Source: Trichoplax adhaerens
Lineage: Eukaryota > Animalia > Placozoa
Length of the DNA stretch: 64,000 nucleotides
Assembly (NCBI RefSeq): GCF_000150275.1
Contig: NW_002060946.1
Location: 7,908,041 to 7,972,040, forward strand
Direction of reading: 5' to 3'
Both the position numbers and the translations under genes were made by a program. Each line of letters opens with the position of its first letter. Position 1 is the first letter of the stretch. Positions 11,626-26,294 of the stretch are shown piece by piece. Below the pieces are notes generated by a model. The model ran no database searches, was not told the DNA's origin, and saw only the letters and a program-made list of their open reading frames with translations.

Positions 11626-14600
11626 ATGAGTTTATTCTCTTTTATCAGTGGCACTAAGCCGGAAAAACAACAGAGTGCTAAGGAAACGGTAAGAAATCAA
11701 TTTGCAATTCCAACCTTGGCAAAATCGACTGCATTGCATCCTATCAATGGCACGGTTCCATACTCTCCATCGTGCCTGCAATCACTGTTTTCCACGCTTG
11801 CTGTCATGACAGCAAGCGTGGATCATGCCCATCACAGATTAGACTAGTCCAGCTCAATGACTTGATCAATCTTATGGCAAGAAAGATACTTTGAATGTTT
11901 TACTATAGACACTTACCATGGCACGTCTTGTAGACTATCCTTGATTGCTACAAATGATGGAAAGGGTTGTACTACAATTCTCGGATTGTTTTAGCTTGCA
12001 ATGAGGATAAGGGACATTCCCTGTTGAAAACGTAGTCCATACTGTAGAATAGAGTACCTTCAATCTTACTCCAAGTGATCATCAAGTCTTTTCGCTTCAT
12101 AACTAGAAATAAGTGGAGTAACTTCGCATGAAACTAGATTGGAATAGGTTCTATATCATTCATCTATTTTTACTATGTCTTCAGCCCTGACCAAAATTAG
12201 CCTTGTGTTGCAAAAATAGCTTACGCGATCTTACTCCTGGTATACCGTTGATGTAGTAAAAATGAAGCGATTGATTTCCATCGTACACTATTGACTAACC
12301 GCGTATTGGTTCAATGCATTCAACTGTTCCATGGTAGTCCTACTCTTGAATTAATACTTGAATATTGATTTCAATCTTGTATAAGATGGGTATGTTATGC
12401 AGGGTTAATAGCAGTCTTCAACTACAGGGTAGTCATAGATGGATTGCTGCTCATCACTCACTTTACAGTAGGTATGGCTAAACATGATCAAAATCATAGC
12501 AGAAATCTCTATTAGTACTGATTGAAATGTAATCAAACAACCATCTCTAAGTATACTGTAACAGATATCAAGATTACTACAAATTAGAACCAATCATTTT
12601 AGCGTAGATCCAATTGATTCAATTAAAGCCATAGGTATATAGACGTAAAAAAGAATGACATATTTTGACACTAGGATCATAGTTCAGCACTATAGGCTCT
12701 AGCGGAATGAATTCACAACGTTGTGCATACAACATCATGTATCATTCCATGTGGCCATTGAAGTGTTGCTAGCCTATGCTATTGCCTTTTCTTTTAATTT
12801 CGTTTACCCGGGCTTATCAAATTGTGATAAAGGAAATACCGTTGGCAACGCGATTGGATAGAAAAGCATGTATACTAACTATTCTACGATCATCAACATA
12901 TTAACTCATTTCGTTTATGTATAGGTTGAAAAGCTTTGCAATCGTGTTAGTACCTCAACATTATTAGAAGACAGACGCGATGCACTTAGAGCATTAAAAT
13001 CCTTGGCTAAGGTAAAATCAATGGTGATACAATTCAATGTCATAAAATGATAGATACAGGTTATCGACATCATGTGATAAATTACCATCATTTACTATAC
13101 GATACGGCATCAGTAATAGGGTAGATGAAATTGATAATACTGAAATTTCTGCTACCCTATCCAGTATAGTAGTGGCGTATATAAACAGCATAAATTTATA
13201 GTGCATTCGAGTAAAATATTCCTATAGCCTTTTGAAAGATTGTAAATAATTAAATGTACAATTCTTCACTATACAAAATGACTAATACTGTATTGTAGTC
13301 ATGTAATGTTCAACATTACTGCTACAATCTTAATTTGTACTTTTCACATCTGCGACTTTACCGTTACTATAGTATAATGTAAGTATATTATGATCGCACA
13401 TTGCGTAATTGCAATAGAGTAGTAAGCTTAATATATATAATTACGTGTGTGCAGACTTACAGAGACGAAGTTGGTTCGCAGGGACTACACTTATTCGTCA
13501 ATGTTTTACAAGTGGACAAGTAAGAATTTCTATTTCTAAATGAATAAATAGTATAGCTCTGTTTTCATCTTGCACTACAGGTTTATCCCTTGGTAATCTG
13601 AGCTACCTTAAATAGTTGACGTATTATTAACAACCATGAAAACTGTCAAGATATTAAAAATTAACTTGACGTTTTGAATGATCACGGTAGGAGCGACGGC
13701 GAAAGTGTTGGCTATGCCTTGGATACATTATACAATTTAATGGCTACCGATATTCCTCCAAGTGGTTAAAAAATTTCTTTACCTTCACACTACTTCACAG
13801 AGTATCAGTCGTAAATGTAATACTACTTCTACTTCCGTCAAAATTTATTGTCTTTTTTTAAAATAATTTACTGGCATAGATCCTTACTATGGACAAACTG
13901 TAATGTCTCCGCAAACAGCTGAACTTGGTCGTCATTTTAGCGAAATTTTCCTACAAAATCAGGATAATTTACCCTTAATCATTAGTTGTTTGGAAGTTAG
14001 TGGAACTACAAGTAGAAAATCTTTAAATTTTTACAATAATTTGGTTGATTTAGTATTGATGCGTTAAAATATTTACTTTCCTGGTTATTATGATGATTAG
14101 GATTTCGACTTTCAAGTACGATGGCCGGCAACTAAACTACTTACGGCACTGTTAATAAATAATGGGTTAGTAATATTAAATTTTTCTATATTATTCTATT
14201 AGAAAGTCGCACAAACTTGTAAATGTATAATAATGATATAAAATCGCTTTTCAGGCCTCAAATTCAACAAAGTATGCTCACTATTCCTATGGGTAAGCAT
14301 ATTAGGCAATGCGATTTAAGGTATTAAATAAATATGAAAATAGTAACATTCATTAAAACGATTACTACCTATAATTGTAGCTGTCGCAAGAGTTGTAGAC
14401 TTATTAAGCGATGAGAGAGAAGTCGTTAGGAATGAGGTAACGTTAGGAATTTTAAATGTAACCTTAACTTATAATAAAATAATCTCAATAAATAGAAAAA
14501 GGCATATAATACGACTTTAGACACTGACATTGATTTATTCTAGGGATTACTCCTCATGATGCAGCTTACGAAAGCTAATAACGCAATACAGGTAATACGA

Positions 14601-17600
14601 TAGTTGATTAACGGTCTTTAACACAACGTAGTGATGACAATTTTTATTTCCCTTGAAATAGAAATTAATTGCATTTGAAAACGGATTCGATTATATAATT
14701 GATATTATTGCAAGGGAAGGTTATAGTGTTGGTGGTACGTACAATATAGTATAAATCATAAATTGTATTATTTCCACATCTTATAATTGTCTACCTAGAC
14801 GAATTTGTTAATTACTTTTTGTCAAATTCACTAAACATTTAATTCAAATTTTCTGTAGGAATCGTTGTTGAAGATTGCTTACTCATATTAAGGAATTTAT
14901 TAAATTCGAATGTTTCCAATCAAAATTTCTTCAGAGAAGGAAGGTATTGCATACATTGGACGGTATACAGTAAAGTTTACACCTTTTATCCCGCGGCTTT
15001 TATAAACTACTGTCATCCTTTTCCTAAATAAGTAACTACTTTTTTTTAGCTATATTCCAAAGCTAGCTGCCTTTTTTGATTTAAAAGCGGCCAGTGCAGC
15101 CAGTAAGGACAAATTCAGTTATCTCTAAACATTTATTGCCGTACTTATTTTAGTGTAAATTGTATTTCTTAAAGATAATATAGACGACTCGGATACAGAT
15201 GAATTTGATAGCGCAAAGCAAAAAGCGGCAAACATCATTCATATGTTACAAGTCAGTAATAATTGCCTCCACATTCTAATTAAAAATTTATTACAACCCA
15301 AACTGTGATGAATGATTCATGATGTATATTTACATCTTTGGATAGATATTGCGTTTGCTGGTCTCACCGGACAATTCACAACAATCGTTGGTATTATGTC
15401 AGAAAGTAATTTTCCAATGCGGTATGTATGTAGGCCCCCATCCATTAGTGATGAATTATTTCTTCATGACGACATTTTTTATTAATCATTTTGACCCTCT
15501 CTGCCGTTAGGATTACTCAAAGTATTATGCGAATTATTGTTATCGTCCTCTGTTAGTGAAGACATTGTATTAGAGGTATTTAGTTTACCTACGGATAAGT
15601 TGTTGATTGCTCGAGTAAGATTCTTGTAAGGCACTTAAAAATCTTTATTTATGACATCTAATTAGCTTCTCATTACTATTGGCGATACCCTTCGGGGAGC
15701 TAACCAAAATCAAGATTACTTCGCAAAATTTTCTTTATCTGCAGATGCTCAAAGGTTCATCTTACTTAATTATTGGCAGTCTAATTTTGACTAAATAATC
15801 TTATACATGTGCTCTATTATTTGTACTAGAACTGCGATAATAGTACTTCTCTTAAACATGGTAACTGATAAAACAACTTATCCATTGAAATATGCCTCCT
15901 TATACTGTTTCAAGGTAAGCATAAAAAATTTGATGATTTTTTAATTGATTCTAGTAGTTCAAATAGCTTAATTTATCTGTAAAGATTTGATAGCTACATA
16001 GAAAAATTTAAATTATTCTGCTGTTATTCCCTAGTGCTTTCTATATGGTAATGAGCTAGGCCAAGCGCAACTGGTAGCTACTCTCTTGCCATCTTCTGTT
16101 GAAGGTCTGCTGTATAGTTATCGTTAATAATGTTTACTGATAAAATAGTAAAACATCGATCTGTATTAAATATGTACTATATCCTCTCCTTGTATAGCCG
16201 CTTCTATTTCGCCTGGACAGTTAATATGCGCTGGATTGTTTAGGTATCCTAAATTCATATTGAATGTGAAATAAGTTGATCCTCAAAATTTTCTTTTTAA
16301 GCCATCTACTGCATGCACTAACTGATAATAATAATACATTACATATTACAACATTTACTCTAATCTAATATGGGTATTAGCCTGGATCAATTTTGTAGCT
16401 GGTGTGCAGCTATGGCTATTTCACACATGTTACGACAAAATATCGCTCAAAAAGAACAATTGTTACGTGTTCAATTAGCTACTAGAGTAGGTAAGTATAT
16501 TATCCATTTTTATCCAGTCGTTACAATTATCATGGTAGTGATAGTACGATTTAATTTGTGATGGTATTTGTGTAACATGCAAATGTCTTATTGACATAAT
16601 ATTTTGGTAATCTGAAGGTAGCCCAGCAGTATCATTGCTACAACAATGTACAAATATCCTAAGCGAGGTATGATACTATAAAAATTGGAGGAACCCTGTT
16701 GATGTTAACCTTCATTTAAAATATATTATTTTCATAAATCATATATAGAATACTGGCTCTCCAGTTGGAATTAACCACCTAATTCTTTTATGTTCTTGGC
16801 TGAATGAATGTCCTACGGCTGTTGCACATCTCGTTAACAACCCTGTCAACATTCCTTTCGTATCCTTATTTCATACAAAGTACCGACTTATTTTTGACAG
16901 TGATGTTGTAGTCGTATTGATCTTAATACGTAAACTCTAGCTAACTACACAGATAGACAGAGATGCAAACGAACATGAGAAGCTTATGCGTGGACTATCA
17001 GCACTATTACTTGGTATATGTATGGTATACAATGATGGTGCCGTTGAAGCCTGCAATCGGTTAGAAGTATTGATTTTCAAAAGGTTCTACTAGGGCGACC
17101 AAGTAATTTGTTTTATTTATGTATTTATTATCTTTATATCACATTTAGAAAAGCGCTTCGAAACCTGATAGCAAGTAGGATAGGTGTTGGAAAATACAGG
17201 GATTGCTTGAACCAAATATCAAAGAATGAACAGTTTGTAAAAGCAACTCACAGAATGCAGGTATTGTCACAATCGATACGATACCATCACAAATTAAATT
17301 GAATTCCAATTTATTAAAATTTGATATATATATATATAAATAGATGCCAAGTGAGCCAGACGATCATTTATTTTTTGATGAAGAATTTACGATTATGTTT
17401 AGAAACGTTGAAGGTGCTAGCATAGACCTTTAGTATATTTTATAATGTAAAACGATTTACCATTAAAAATTGGTAACATTTATACTATAATAAATAAATA
17501 AAAACTTTTAAGCTGATTTCCATACTCACTTCACTTAGTAATTGTAATGGTACTATTTATCAGGATACATATTAAGAATTGCTAGTTCAGATGACACAAA

Positions 17601-19039
17601 GCCGGAATTGGATAGCAAAAGAGAATCAACAATTGATGAAGAGGCGATTGTGCAACCGTACAAAGACCTTATCAGAGAACAGGTTACCACGCTTATTTAA
17701 TGATCTTAAATTACACGATACTACATATCAACTTGTATTTATTTATAGCCATAATGAATGATCTTAATTAAGAAGTGAATTCTTGTTAACAAATTGTAGG
17801 ATGAAGAGCTAAGAATTTTGCGTAGACAATGTGAAGCATTTGAAACTAATAAAGATATGGTTTGTTTTATTAGCTAATAATTATTAACGAACCATCAGGT
17901 TATGTATTTCGATAGATTGTTCAGTGAATACTATCAGTAGATAGCCTTATTGCCGTTTTACGAAGCGTACTTGATAGAATATGACAATTTACTTATTGCT
18001 ACTTTACCTACTTTCTTACAATAAAATATTATTTCTGCAGCAGTGAATTGTTATGATATACCATGCCCATTTTTTTATAACGATTTCTAAACTTAATAAT
18101 AGTTTTATTAAATTTAGTTCTTTTAATTTCAGATTGAACAAGAGCTGACCAGTGCGTCTCATGAAATATTATCTCTGCGAGAACAAAATTCGATGTTATT
18201 ATCTGAGCATAGTTAGTAATTCCATCTGAACTTTGTTTATTTGTCATCAGAAATAAGCCGATTTGTAGTGATTGAAATCATTACGATGTCTCTAGACAAT
18301 CATCCAGATGCTTCTGCCAATAGTGCTGCATTTTTTTATCGGAATGATCCTAATAACATTAATCAAGAATTGAAAGATATGGAAAGGATTAAGGAATCTC
18401 AAGCCAAAGAAATTGCTAATTTACAAGTACAGTTGGAGCAAAAAGTTCGTAACTTATGCCGATACCCAATTACATTGCATCATTGATACATTTATATACC
18501 ATAGCCAGTTATAACTGTTATTGCTTCTATATGTTCATATTGATAGACCACAGAATTATCAGAGTGTAAAAGTATGATGAAATCAAGAGATGACAAATCT
18601 GAAGAGTTGAATGATCAAAAGAAACTGATCAATTCCTTAAACGAACAAATTGGTGAATTAAAGAGCAGCAACGAAAAACTCCAGAAGAATCTAGCTGAAG
18701 AGGTACAATATATTATGAAAATAAACCTGGATTTTCCGTTAGAATCTAATCCTTTGTCGTTATCATTAACAGTTGAGTGCGGTTAAAGAACCGGAAGGTG
18801 TAGATATTTCAAATGTGGAAAAACTGCAGGATAAAATTCTTGAGTTAGATGATGCTTTAGAAACCGAAAGAAGAGAGAAAGATAGGATTCAGTGTGAATT
18901 GGGTAATTTACAGCATGAGCAGGATGATTTGTTACTTTTATTATCTGATCAAGAGAAAAAAATTAAGCAGTTAAAGAAAGCCATCCTTTCTCTTGGTGGC
19001 GATGTTAGCAATGAGGAGGACGATGATTTTGACATGTAA
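11626..19039 (+). CDS. USO1: General vesicular transport factor p115 / USO1, about 31 coding exons
   Basis: Spliced translation: MSLFSF...AKET|VEKLCNRVSTSTLLEDRRDALRALKSLAK, GYALDTLYNL, DFQVRWPATKLLTALL, KLIAFENGF, IVVEDCLLILRNLL..SNQNFFREGS, GQLICAGLF, KEQLLRVQLA, EQDDLLLLLSDQ and an acidic tail. Exons: 11626-11688, 12925-13011, 13455-13519, 13691-13764, 13880-13995, 14101-14165, 14255-14292, 14381-14436, 14544-14591, 14662-14734, 14859-14943, 15050-15102, 15184-15251, 15346-15421, 15511-15575, 15666-15754, 15830-15914, 16035-16104, 16198-16243, 16381-16490, 16618-16667, 16749-16859, 16941-17059, 17149-17260, 17344-17413, 17564-17682, 17800-17859, 18133-18151, 18296-18444, 18547-18702, 18773-19039. 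Confidence 0.95.
16244..16380 (+). other. Second candidate U12-type intron in USO1
   Basis: Donor GTATCCTAA (7 of 8 match to GTATCCTT); CTCTAATCTAAT near the 3' end; purine-rich 3' end (atgggtattag); joins AGLFS|LDQF in frame. Confidence 0.55.
16860..16940 (+). other. Candidate U12-type (minor spliceosome) GT-AG intron in USO1
   Basis: Donor GTATCCTTA; TCTTAAT at 16921-16927 shortly before the AG; no polypyrimidine tract; removal joins NIPF|LTTQI in frame. Confidence 0.75.
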
Positions 19040-22000
19040 TACGCTACCACATGCTATTTTGAATCCTGTTTTCATTCCTGAATTCAGGATAAGTTATTTT
19101 TTATTGCTCGCTAACATTTTCTAGCGATTTGGTTTTTATAATGTATTTAAAGTACATTATTTTCTGATGCAGTGTTCCATGCATTTCCTTATGATAATAA
19201 GAATAGTATCGTAATAGTTTTGACTTAAACAAAATGACCGAGCAGGATTATATCCTGATTGCAAAGTATTTCTTCTACTATAGACTTCTATTAACAATGA
19301 TGGTATGCTCCATATTGAATGGATATAAGTACAATTAATGTAGGCAATACCTTATAATAATCAATTTTTATGGATAACAGTTATTAAATTTAGCAGGTTA
19401 AGCGTATCTATGTCATTAAGTTAACTAGCAATATCTCCAGGAATCCATTGAAAATCGTTTGAAATTGCTACTTTTAAACCAGATAATATATTCAGATTAA
19501 ATTCTCGGAATGCAATGAATATGTGCCTTATAAATGGCATCCAAAAATATTAATAATGATAATTATAATCAATAAATTATGTGATAAATACGGAATATTT
19601 GATCTCTTAGACACAGAAAACTATACCCTTCTAGAATGATAAGGCAGTTAATCCTTGTGATCCATAATGTGATACTATAATATGATTGGAGCTACGCATA
19701 CTATTCCGCTTTATTTTTACTAAAGTTTGCACAACCATCGACTCTAACGTTGATAGGTAGAAACTAATCAAAGATTTATGAAAAATTGATGTCTGGATGC
19801 GACATATATCCGGGCCAAATCTTTTACTCAAATATAGAAAAGGATTTAAGAGTAAATATCTGGATTGGCCATATAATAACTTTGATTGCTGATACGGAAA
19901 GGTTCATTTTATATGGACAGTGGAATAATTTTAATGCAACAGTTTACTGTGGTTGTAATAACCAACACCATAGATCGTGACGGAAGCTATCAAATACGAT
20001 TTATCCCAATTCGCTCTATCCAGATCCAATAGACCACATCGTCATAATAGTATTTCATTTTTTATCTTCTTTTTAAAACTTTAATAACACTAGTTCAAGT
20101 ATTATGTTAGGAGATTGTCAGCACTTCAAGTTGTACTATGGGTAAAAATCTCAAGAAGAATAATACTGAAAGAAGATCTCAATAGTTTCTCGTTTAGTAA
20201 ATATTTAATATACGCGTATTCTCCCGCATCTATATCGTAAATATAGCATTTATAAGGACTAAAATCAGCAATCACTAGCCCATATATAGACAAAGTTAGT
20301 AATGCAAAAGTTTATTTTATAAATTTATGATCGGGCACTAATGACTCCAGTAATGATATTCTGAAAAATATTGAGGAAAATATTATCTGTAGCATTTTCT
20401 ATTTATTATTAAAACGATTAGGATATAGGTTTTCAAGTAGGAAACGGATAAACATGTATAGATTATCCTTTAGTAACCTTAATTTTTCAAGACTATATGC
20501 TCCATGACAAAACAAGGAATTTATTGTCTAATTTAGCTAATTAAAAGTTGGTAAGCTGCAATCCAAGCAGGGTGAGCCTTGCTATCAGATATATCTATAT
20601 ACATGATTATCATCCGTATCCTAGAAGAAAGAGTATTTCAAATCGAGCTGCATTTTAGACATAACATTTCAAAACTATTGCTCATTGATTTAGAGTTCTC
20701 TGAGAAGAAAGATTCGAAATAAATTCATTTTAAATTCATACATCGTGGTTAATATTTAAGCAGCGAAAGAACAAAAGTGTTATGAAGATTATCAATATCC
20801 ATTTTTATTTGCAACTAATGAATGAATCATTATTTTCAGGATAACATAAATAAGAAAAGCGCTATTTAATAAAATTTGATTAGTTCTCATAACAATATTT
20901 GAATAGATTGCAATTAAACACCGAGTGCAAATATTAAAATATTACTTGGGTTGCTTTTAAAGATGCATTGTTCATACAACTGTTTGAGTATCTAAAAGTT
21001 TAATTTAGATCCTTGAAAATATCTGGAAAATATGTATCGAACATCATGAATAGAATAATACAGACAGGATGTCAAACCTGGAATTTCAACTGTTATTAAA
21101 TTTCCAGGACAATGCGACCGTTGTCACAATTTAAGGTATTTCCGCTAATTGATAAATGTCATTTTCTTCCTCATATTAAAGTATAATATTCATCATGAAT
21201 GAAGGAGAAGTTATTACAGCAGTTACTTTCTGTAATTAATTTACTTTTATTTTGTAGCTACTCTCGATATCTAGCAGTGCATTACCACCAAGAAGCAATT
21301 CAAAGCGATTGCAGAAATTAAAAGAGAAATCATAATAATTAATAATTGCCACATTTTATACTTTTTTGGTCTATGATAATCAACTTACTTTTCTATTACA
21401 ACTATTCTCAAGTATGACTGCTAATATCGTAGCCAAAGGGCAATTAATGATAGAGCATGAAATTTAAGAGGAATTTTTAATACTTTATTTACATTCCTAG
21501 AATCAATCATTACTGGTTCTATTATGATAACTTATAGTCAATATCGTCTTTAACGGTCAACTGTATTTCCCTTATAGAATAACGAAAAGAAATCATGTAC
21601 TACGGGTATATTACCATCCTATAGCTAATTTATTCTTCTACTGTAGCTATTCTCAATAACTTCATCTCAATACAGGAGAAACTATAATATTTTAACTAGA
21701 AAATGTAAGAAAGAGACTTTATTTCAGCCAAGTCTATTACTATTCGACTGCTAACTTGCCGCTATATTGTAGCGATTTCTCGAAAGTATAATTAGCGTGT
21801 AGTCCATATCAGTTCATAAATTTTTAACTTCAGTTTACTATTTTATAACACTTAAACTATTACTGCAGTTGCCTATCGAAAGCTGTCCAATTCGCAAAAC
21901 AAAATTTGGGGACCATTAAAGAAATTTTTTCTTTTGCCTATTATTGTTCTTATGCTCGTAAAGTAAATATAACGTGATTCTTTCGAGAAAAATTACGATT

Positions 22001-25000
22001 ACATTACTGTTTGCAGTAAACGATCTCAGCGAAAAATTTCTGGACTGTTATTACATGAAAAAGAAAACATTAAATATGGTCGCTGCTTCTATTAATACTC
22101 ACTGTACTAATTGACGCCTTTTCTAGGGCTTACCGACACTGTTACTGTGAATCAATTAAATTATAAATGGAAAATTACATCCATCTTGACATAAACGATA
22201 TAAATACGAAAGTTCTTAGTATGTTATCTTGCCAGTCGTATCGTAGTTTGATAATTAATTTGCAATTGTTCTTAATAATGCAATTAATCTGCAATTAAAG
22301 AAACTCGATGAACCCCTTCCCCTATACAATGTACATAAAAATGAGGGGGTTATGCCGATATCTAAAAGACTTATATTTACCTGTTAATGAAAGGGATTAA
22401 AAGTGAAAAGGAATTAAATTTAATCGTAAAGCTGTCTGATATAAAATAATCTAAAATCTATATCGGAATTAGGTATAAAGCGCTATAGCTTTCAAGAAAA
22501 CCCTTCGATGATATCAATGCATGCCTTAGAGAAATTAATGTATTCATAATTACTCAGGGAAAACTCATTAACTTTACTTTCTCTTATCATCTGACGAACA
22601 TTTATGACATTAGGCCCCAAGAAAAAGTTTTGTTTAGCTTAATCGATCAGCAATTCGTATTATCAGAAATTTTTAATAATGTCGCTACATTGAACAGGTA
22701 GAAATATTCACATTTTGCAAGGAAAAATTCTTTACATTACTTTACTGCAGTAGCCTCGGATAAATATATATTTCATTACGAGTTATTGCCGCATTTACTG
22801 GAACGATAAAAATTATGATGATTTATGAACAATGAAATTAATTTTTCTTAACGCCTGCCGTAAACGACTAAGCTATAACTGCTTTAAGCTCCAACGTTCT
22901 ACTATCGGAAAATACAAGTTACTGATAGAATATAAATTCAACTCTAATGAAGCCTTCGTTGAAATAAAATTGCACGACTTTACTGTAGCTTACTGTAATA
23001 GCGTTGTAACGGACAACCAATTTCAGATAATAAATGCTAATTAAAGAAGCCTTTTGGAATCGAAAATCAGGTAACGAAATTTGGAAAAATATTTTTGCGT
23101 CTGTGTGGCCTTGCTATAGATGAACAAGGCCTGGTGTTTAATTTCTTGTATTAAAAGTCGCATTGATTAACAAAGTTTATAGTGCAGTAGAGAGAAAATT
23201 AAATGGTCTTATTTTAAAACTAATTTTGCTACATCGGCTCTATAGACCAAAAGCAGGATCTGCACTAAGGTATATTATACAGTAGCCGATTAATTGAATA
23301 CAAGCGCTTTACTTGCAGAAAATAAATATTTCATTGACTAAAACTTTTACAAATGAAGCAAAAACGTTACCGGAAGATTGAAATTACTAATTTTCCGTGC
23401 TATATATTATCGGAGTATGATGAATGAGAATCAGTACTTTAATTGTAAAGCAGGCAAGATTTTAATTGCCTTGTAGCTTTCAATGCAAATGAAGCAGAAA
23501 TCACTTTATGAGATTCAAGACTAATTCTCCACTTCAATAATATCGTGATAGAAATATTCTGTTTTAGTTGAAATAAGTACCATATTTTGCTTTAAGAAAT
23601 AGTTTTTTATTCTAAATGCTTACAAATACAGCGAAATCATAGTATAAAACTCAAAATGAAATTTCTCTGTCTTAGCATTGCTTTAGTTACAATAATAAAA
23701 AAAGTTTGATGCCTCCTCTTTTAGCGTAAAAAAGGTTTCTTTTGTTAACCTTAGGCTGTAGAAAATCTGAATATCATGGCGTTGCAGAGATTCATTTTAG
23801 TCTACATTTGCTTACAGTATTTGATGTTCTGGTGATGAGTAAAGAAGAACAGCGTACTGTAGTTTGAACAACTTGTATATGAATTTTCTCTGTTATTAAT
23901 TGAAGAATTACTTTGATACTCTTCTTAATCCATCATAAGATACTCCCGAGGAGATGCGTGGGACATTTTAGAAAGTTGAAGAAAACGCTTCTTCTTAGCT
24001 TAATTATGTTACAGTTCCAATGGCACTTTAAAGATAGTCTCCTCATTTGTTACGATCGCCACTCACCAAGCAAATCTAAACAAGAGGGTAAATTGGCTTG
24101 TTTACTCATAAAGAAATAAAACTAAAGTTTATATGCCAGGATCTTCTTACAAGAATAAATTAGCTATCCTGGCTCAATGAAGATAAAAAGATCCATTTAT
24201 TAGCCAACGTTATTGTATCGAAAGATTGGATCAATAATGGCTATAAAGCTGAACAATTAATCGTCCGCTATCATATTTTACAATCGGAACGGATCAATCA
24301 ATATGAATACAATTTTAACACAGGATAGTTTAAATAATTATGACGTCTAGTTTACAAATTAATTAATCAATAAAAAATAAAATATGAACAATAATTCATT
24401 ATTAAGTTAATAAACGTAATTATTTCAAAGCTATGAACAGACTTTGACTGTGGATATGAAGCAAATCAGAATAAACTAACTAGAATAAGAAAGTAATTAA
24501 CGTTAGACTTTACAATTAAGTTTATTTGATATTGTCTAACATTTGTTGCCATTTGAGTTTCACTGTTAGCGCCTTCTATCAGCAACAAATTGCGATCATC
24601 GATGTATCAACATAGAAGGAAGTGTTTTTTATAGACAATTCTCCCTTTTAAACGCCACTGTGTCTAGCAATCATCATCGTCACAATAAAATTCGACGAAA
24701 ATCCAATTTTTTTAATAGAATCAGTCTGTTTTTTCTCTATTGAATTGTTTTCTCATCCATAGAAACAGAAAGGCTTATATCATTTATTTCCGTGGCAGAT
24801 ATTATTACCTTGGATTCGAATTATCCTTTTCCAACGGGTAGGATCATAGATCAGTAAATATTACCTGTCAAAGTTTGTCGATTTCAATTTTCGTCTTACT
24901 TTCCTAAACAGAATCCCTACTATTAACATTAAACTCTTAACATTACAATAAGAAAGAGGTAAGAAGAAATTTTAAAGTGGAAAAGTGTATCAAGTCAGAT

Positions 25001-25265
25001 CGAAATGAAGCTTTAAGACAAATTTACGCCACTATTGATGAGAGTTTTTTTCAAGAAAATTCTTCATAAATGTTGTTATCCTTTGCTACTTAAAAGAGAT
25101 ACAAAAATTTTATATTGATTAACGACAGTTAAATAACAGAAGTTACACGAATGACACTGTTGACAACTTATATCATTCTTAATTAGAAAACAATATCATT
25201 CAGTTATAAGAATTTCAACGGATATTAACTTCATTTCATAAACAATTAGTAATTCAAGCCGCACC

Positions 25266-26294
25266 ATGCCCACTCCGGATGTCAGTTTTAATAACAAATC
25301 AATTCAGTCTATGCCAACCATCCCTACATTGGCAGTACAACTTACTGCTTCGATACCATCGGCTATAATCTTCATTTTTGGAATAACTGGCAATCTAGCT
25401 ATCATCATAACCATGATTCGATATCACAAAACTAAAAGTAAAGAACGTTTCTTTTGTTTAATTGGCAATCTAGCAGGATACGACATTTTCATTCTACTCT
25501 TTTCAATGACCCTTAAAATGACAAATTACTTTATTACTTGGCCTTTTGGATCATTTCTATGCCATATCTACAACGGCTTTCAAAGTTACTTTATGGCTGG
25601 CTCTGCTATCACAATGACATTTATGGCACTAGAGCATTACCGTGTTGTAATCAAAGAAGTGAATGCTTATAGCAAAAGTAGCGGAAAAATTATTATTACC
25701 GTAGTGATAGCGCTAACAGCATCTATTTGTGCTTGTCCTAGCATTATCTATTCCAAGTATGTATCTCACTCAGAATCTTCAGTAAAATGCTTCATTCAAT
25801 TTTTTCAAGATCTTAACCAAGATAAAATAGTATGGCAAACTTATCGAAATTGTCGTTATGTTATTTTCTATCTCTTTCCACTTATTGTTGTTGTAACAAC
25901 TTATTTTCAAATGTTACTAACATTGAATCGATATTCAAGGACGTCTTTGGCAGAATATCATTTAACGAAGGTCAAAGAGCAGAAAAATATCATGAAAATG
26001 ATTTTATATACCAACGTAACATTTGTCATTTGTTGGACACCTTATTTTATGTATGGTTTCATTGTCTATTTCAATCATACGGTTGATGATGGCATACAAC
26101 TACATCGGCTAATTCGAGTAGCTTGTGAACTAATTGCTTATATCAACAGCGCTATTCATCCATTTATCTACGCTAAATATATGCCAATATGTCGACAAGC
26201 ATTATATCGCCTTTCATGTTTTAGACAATCGCCATCGTCAAATTCAAACTGTGAATCAAGTACTAGTCACCATGTTACGGTAACCAGTTGCTGA
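25266..26294 (+). CDS. Intronless class A GPCR, 342 aa; paralogue of the 44/49-kb receptors
   Basis: GN, NLAGYD, TWPFGSFLC, EHY at the DRY position, CWTPY, HPFIY. Shares IPS.IIFI.G..GN, TWPFG.FLC, SKY and K..KN..K with 49348-50385. Confidence 0.93.
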   Translation: MPTPDVSFNNKSIQSMPTIPTLAVQLTASIPSAIIFIFGITGNLAIIITMIRYHKTKSKERFFCLIGNLAGYDIFILLFSMTLKMTNYFITWPFGSFLCHIYNGFQSYFMAGSAITMTFMALEHYRVVIKEVNAYSKSSGKIIITVVIALTASICACPSIIYSKYVSHSESSVKCFIQFFQDLNQDKIVWQTYRNCRYVIFYLFPLIVVVTTYFQMLLTLNRYSRTSLAEYHLTKVKEQKNIMKMILYTNVTFVICWTPYFMYGFIVYFNHTVDDGIQLHRLIRVACELIAYINSAIHPFIYAKYMPICRQALYRLSCFRQSPSSNSNCESSTSHHVTVTSC

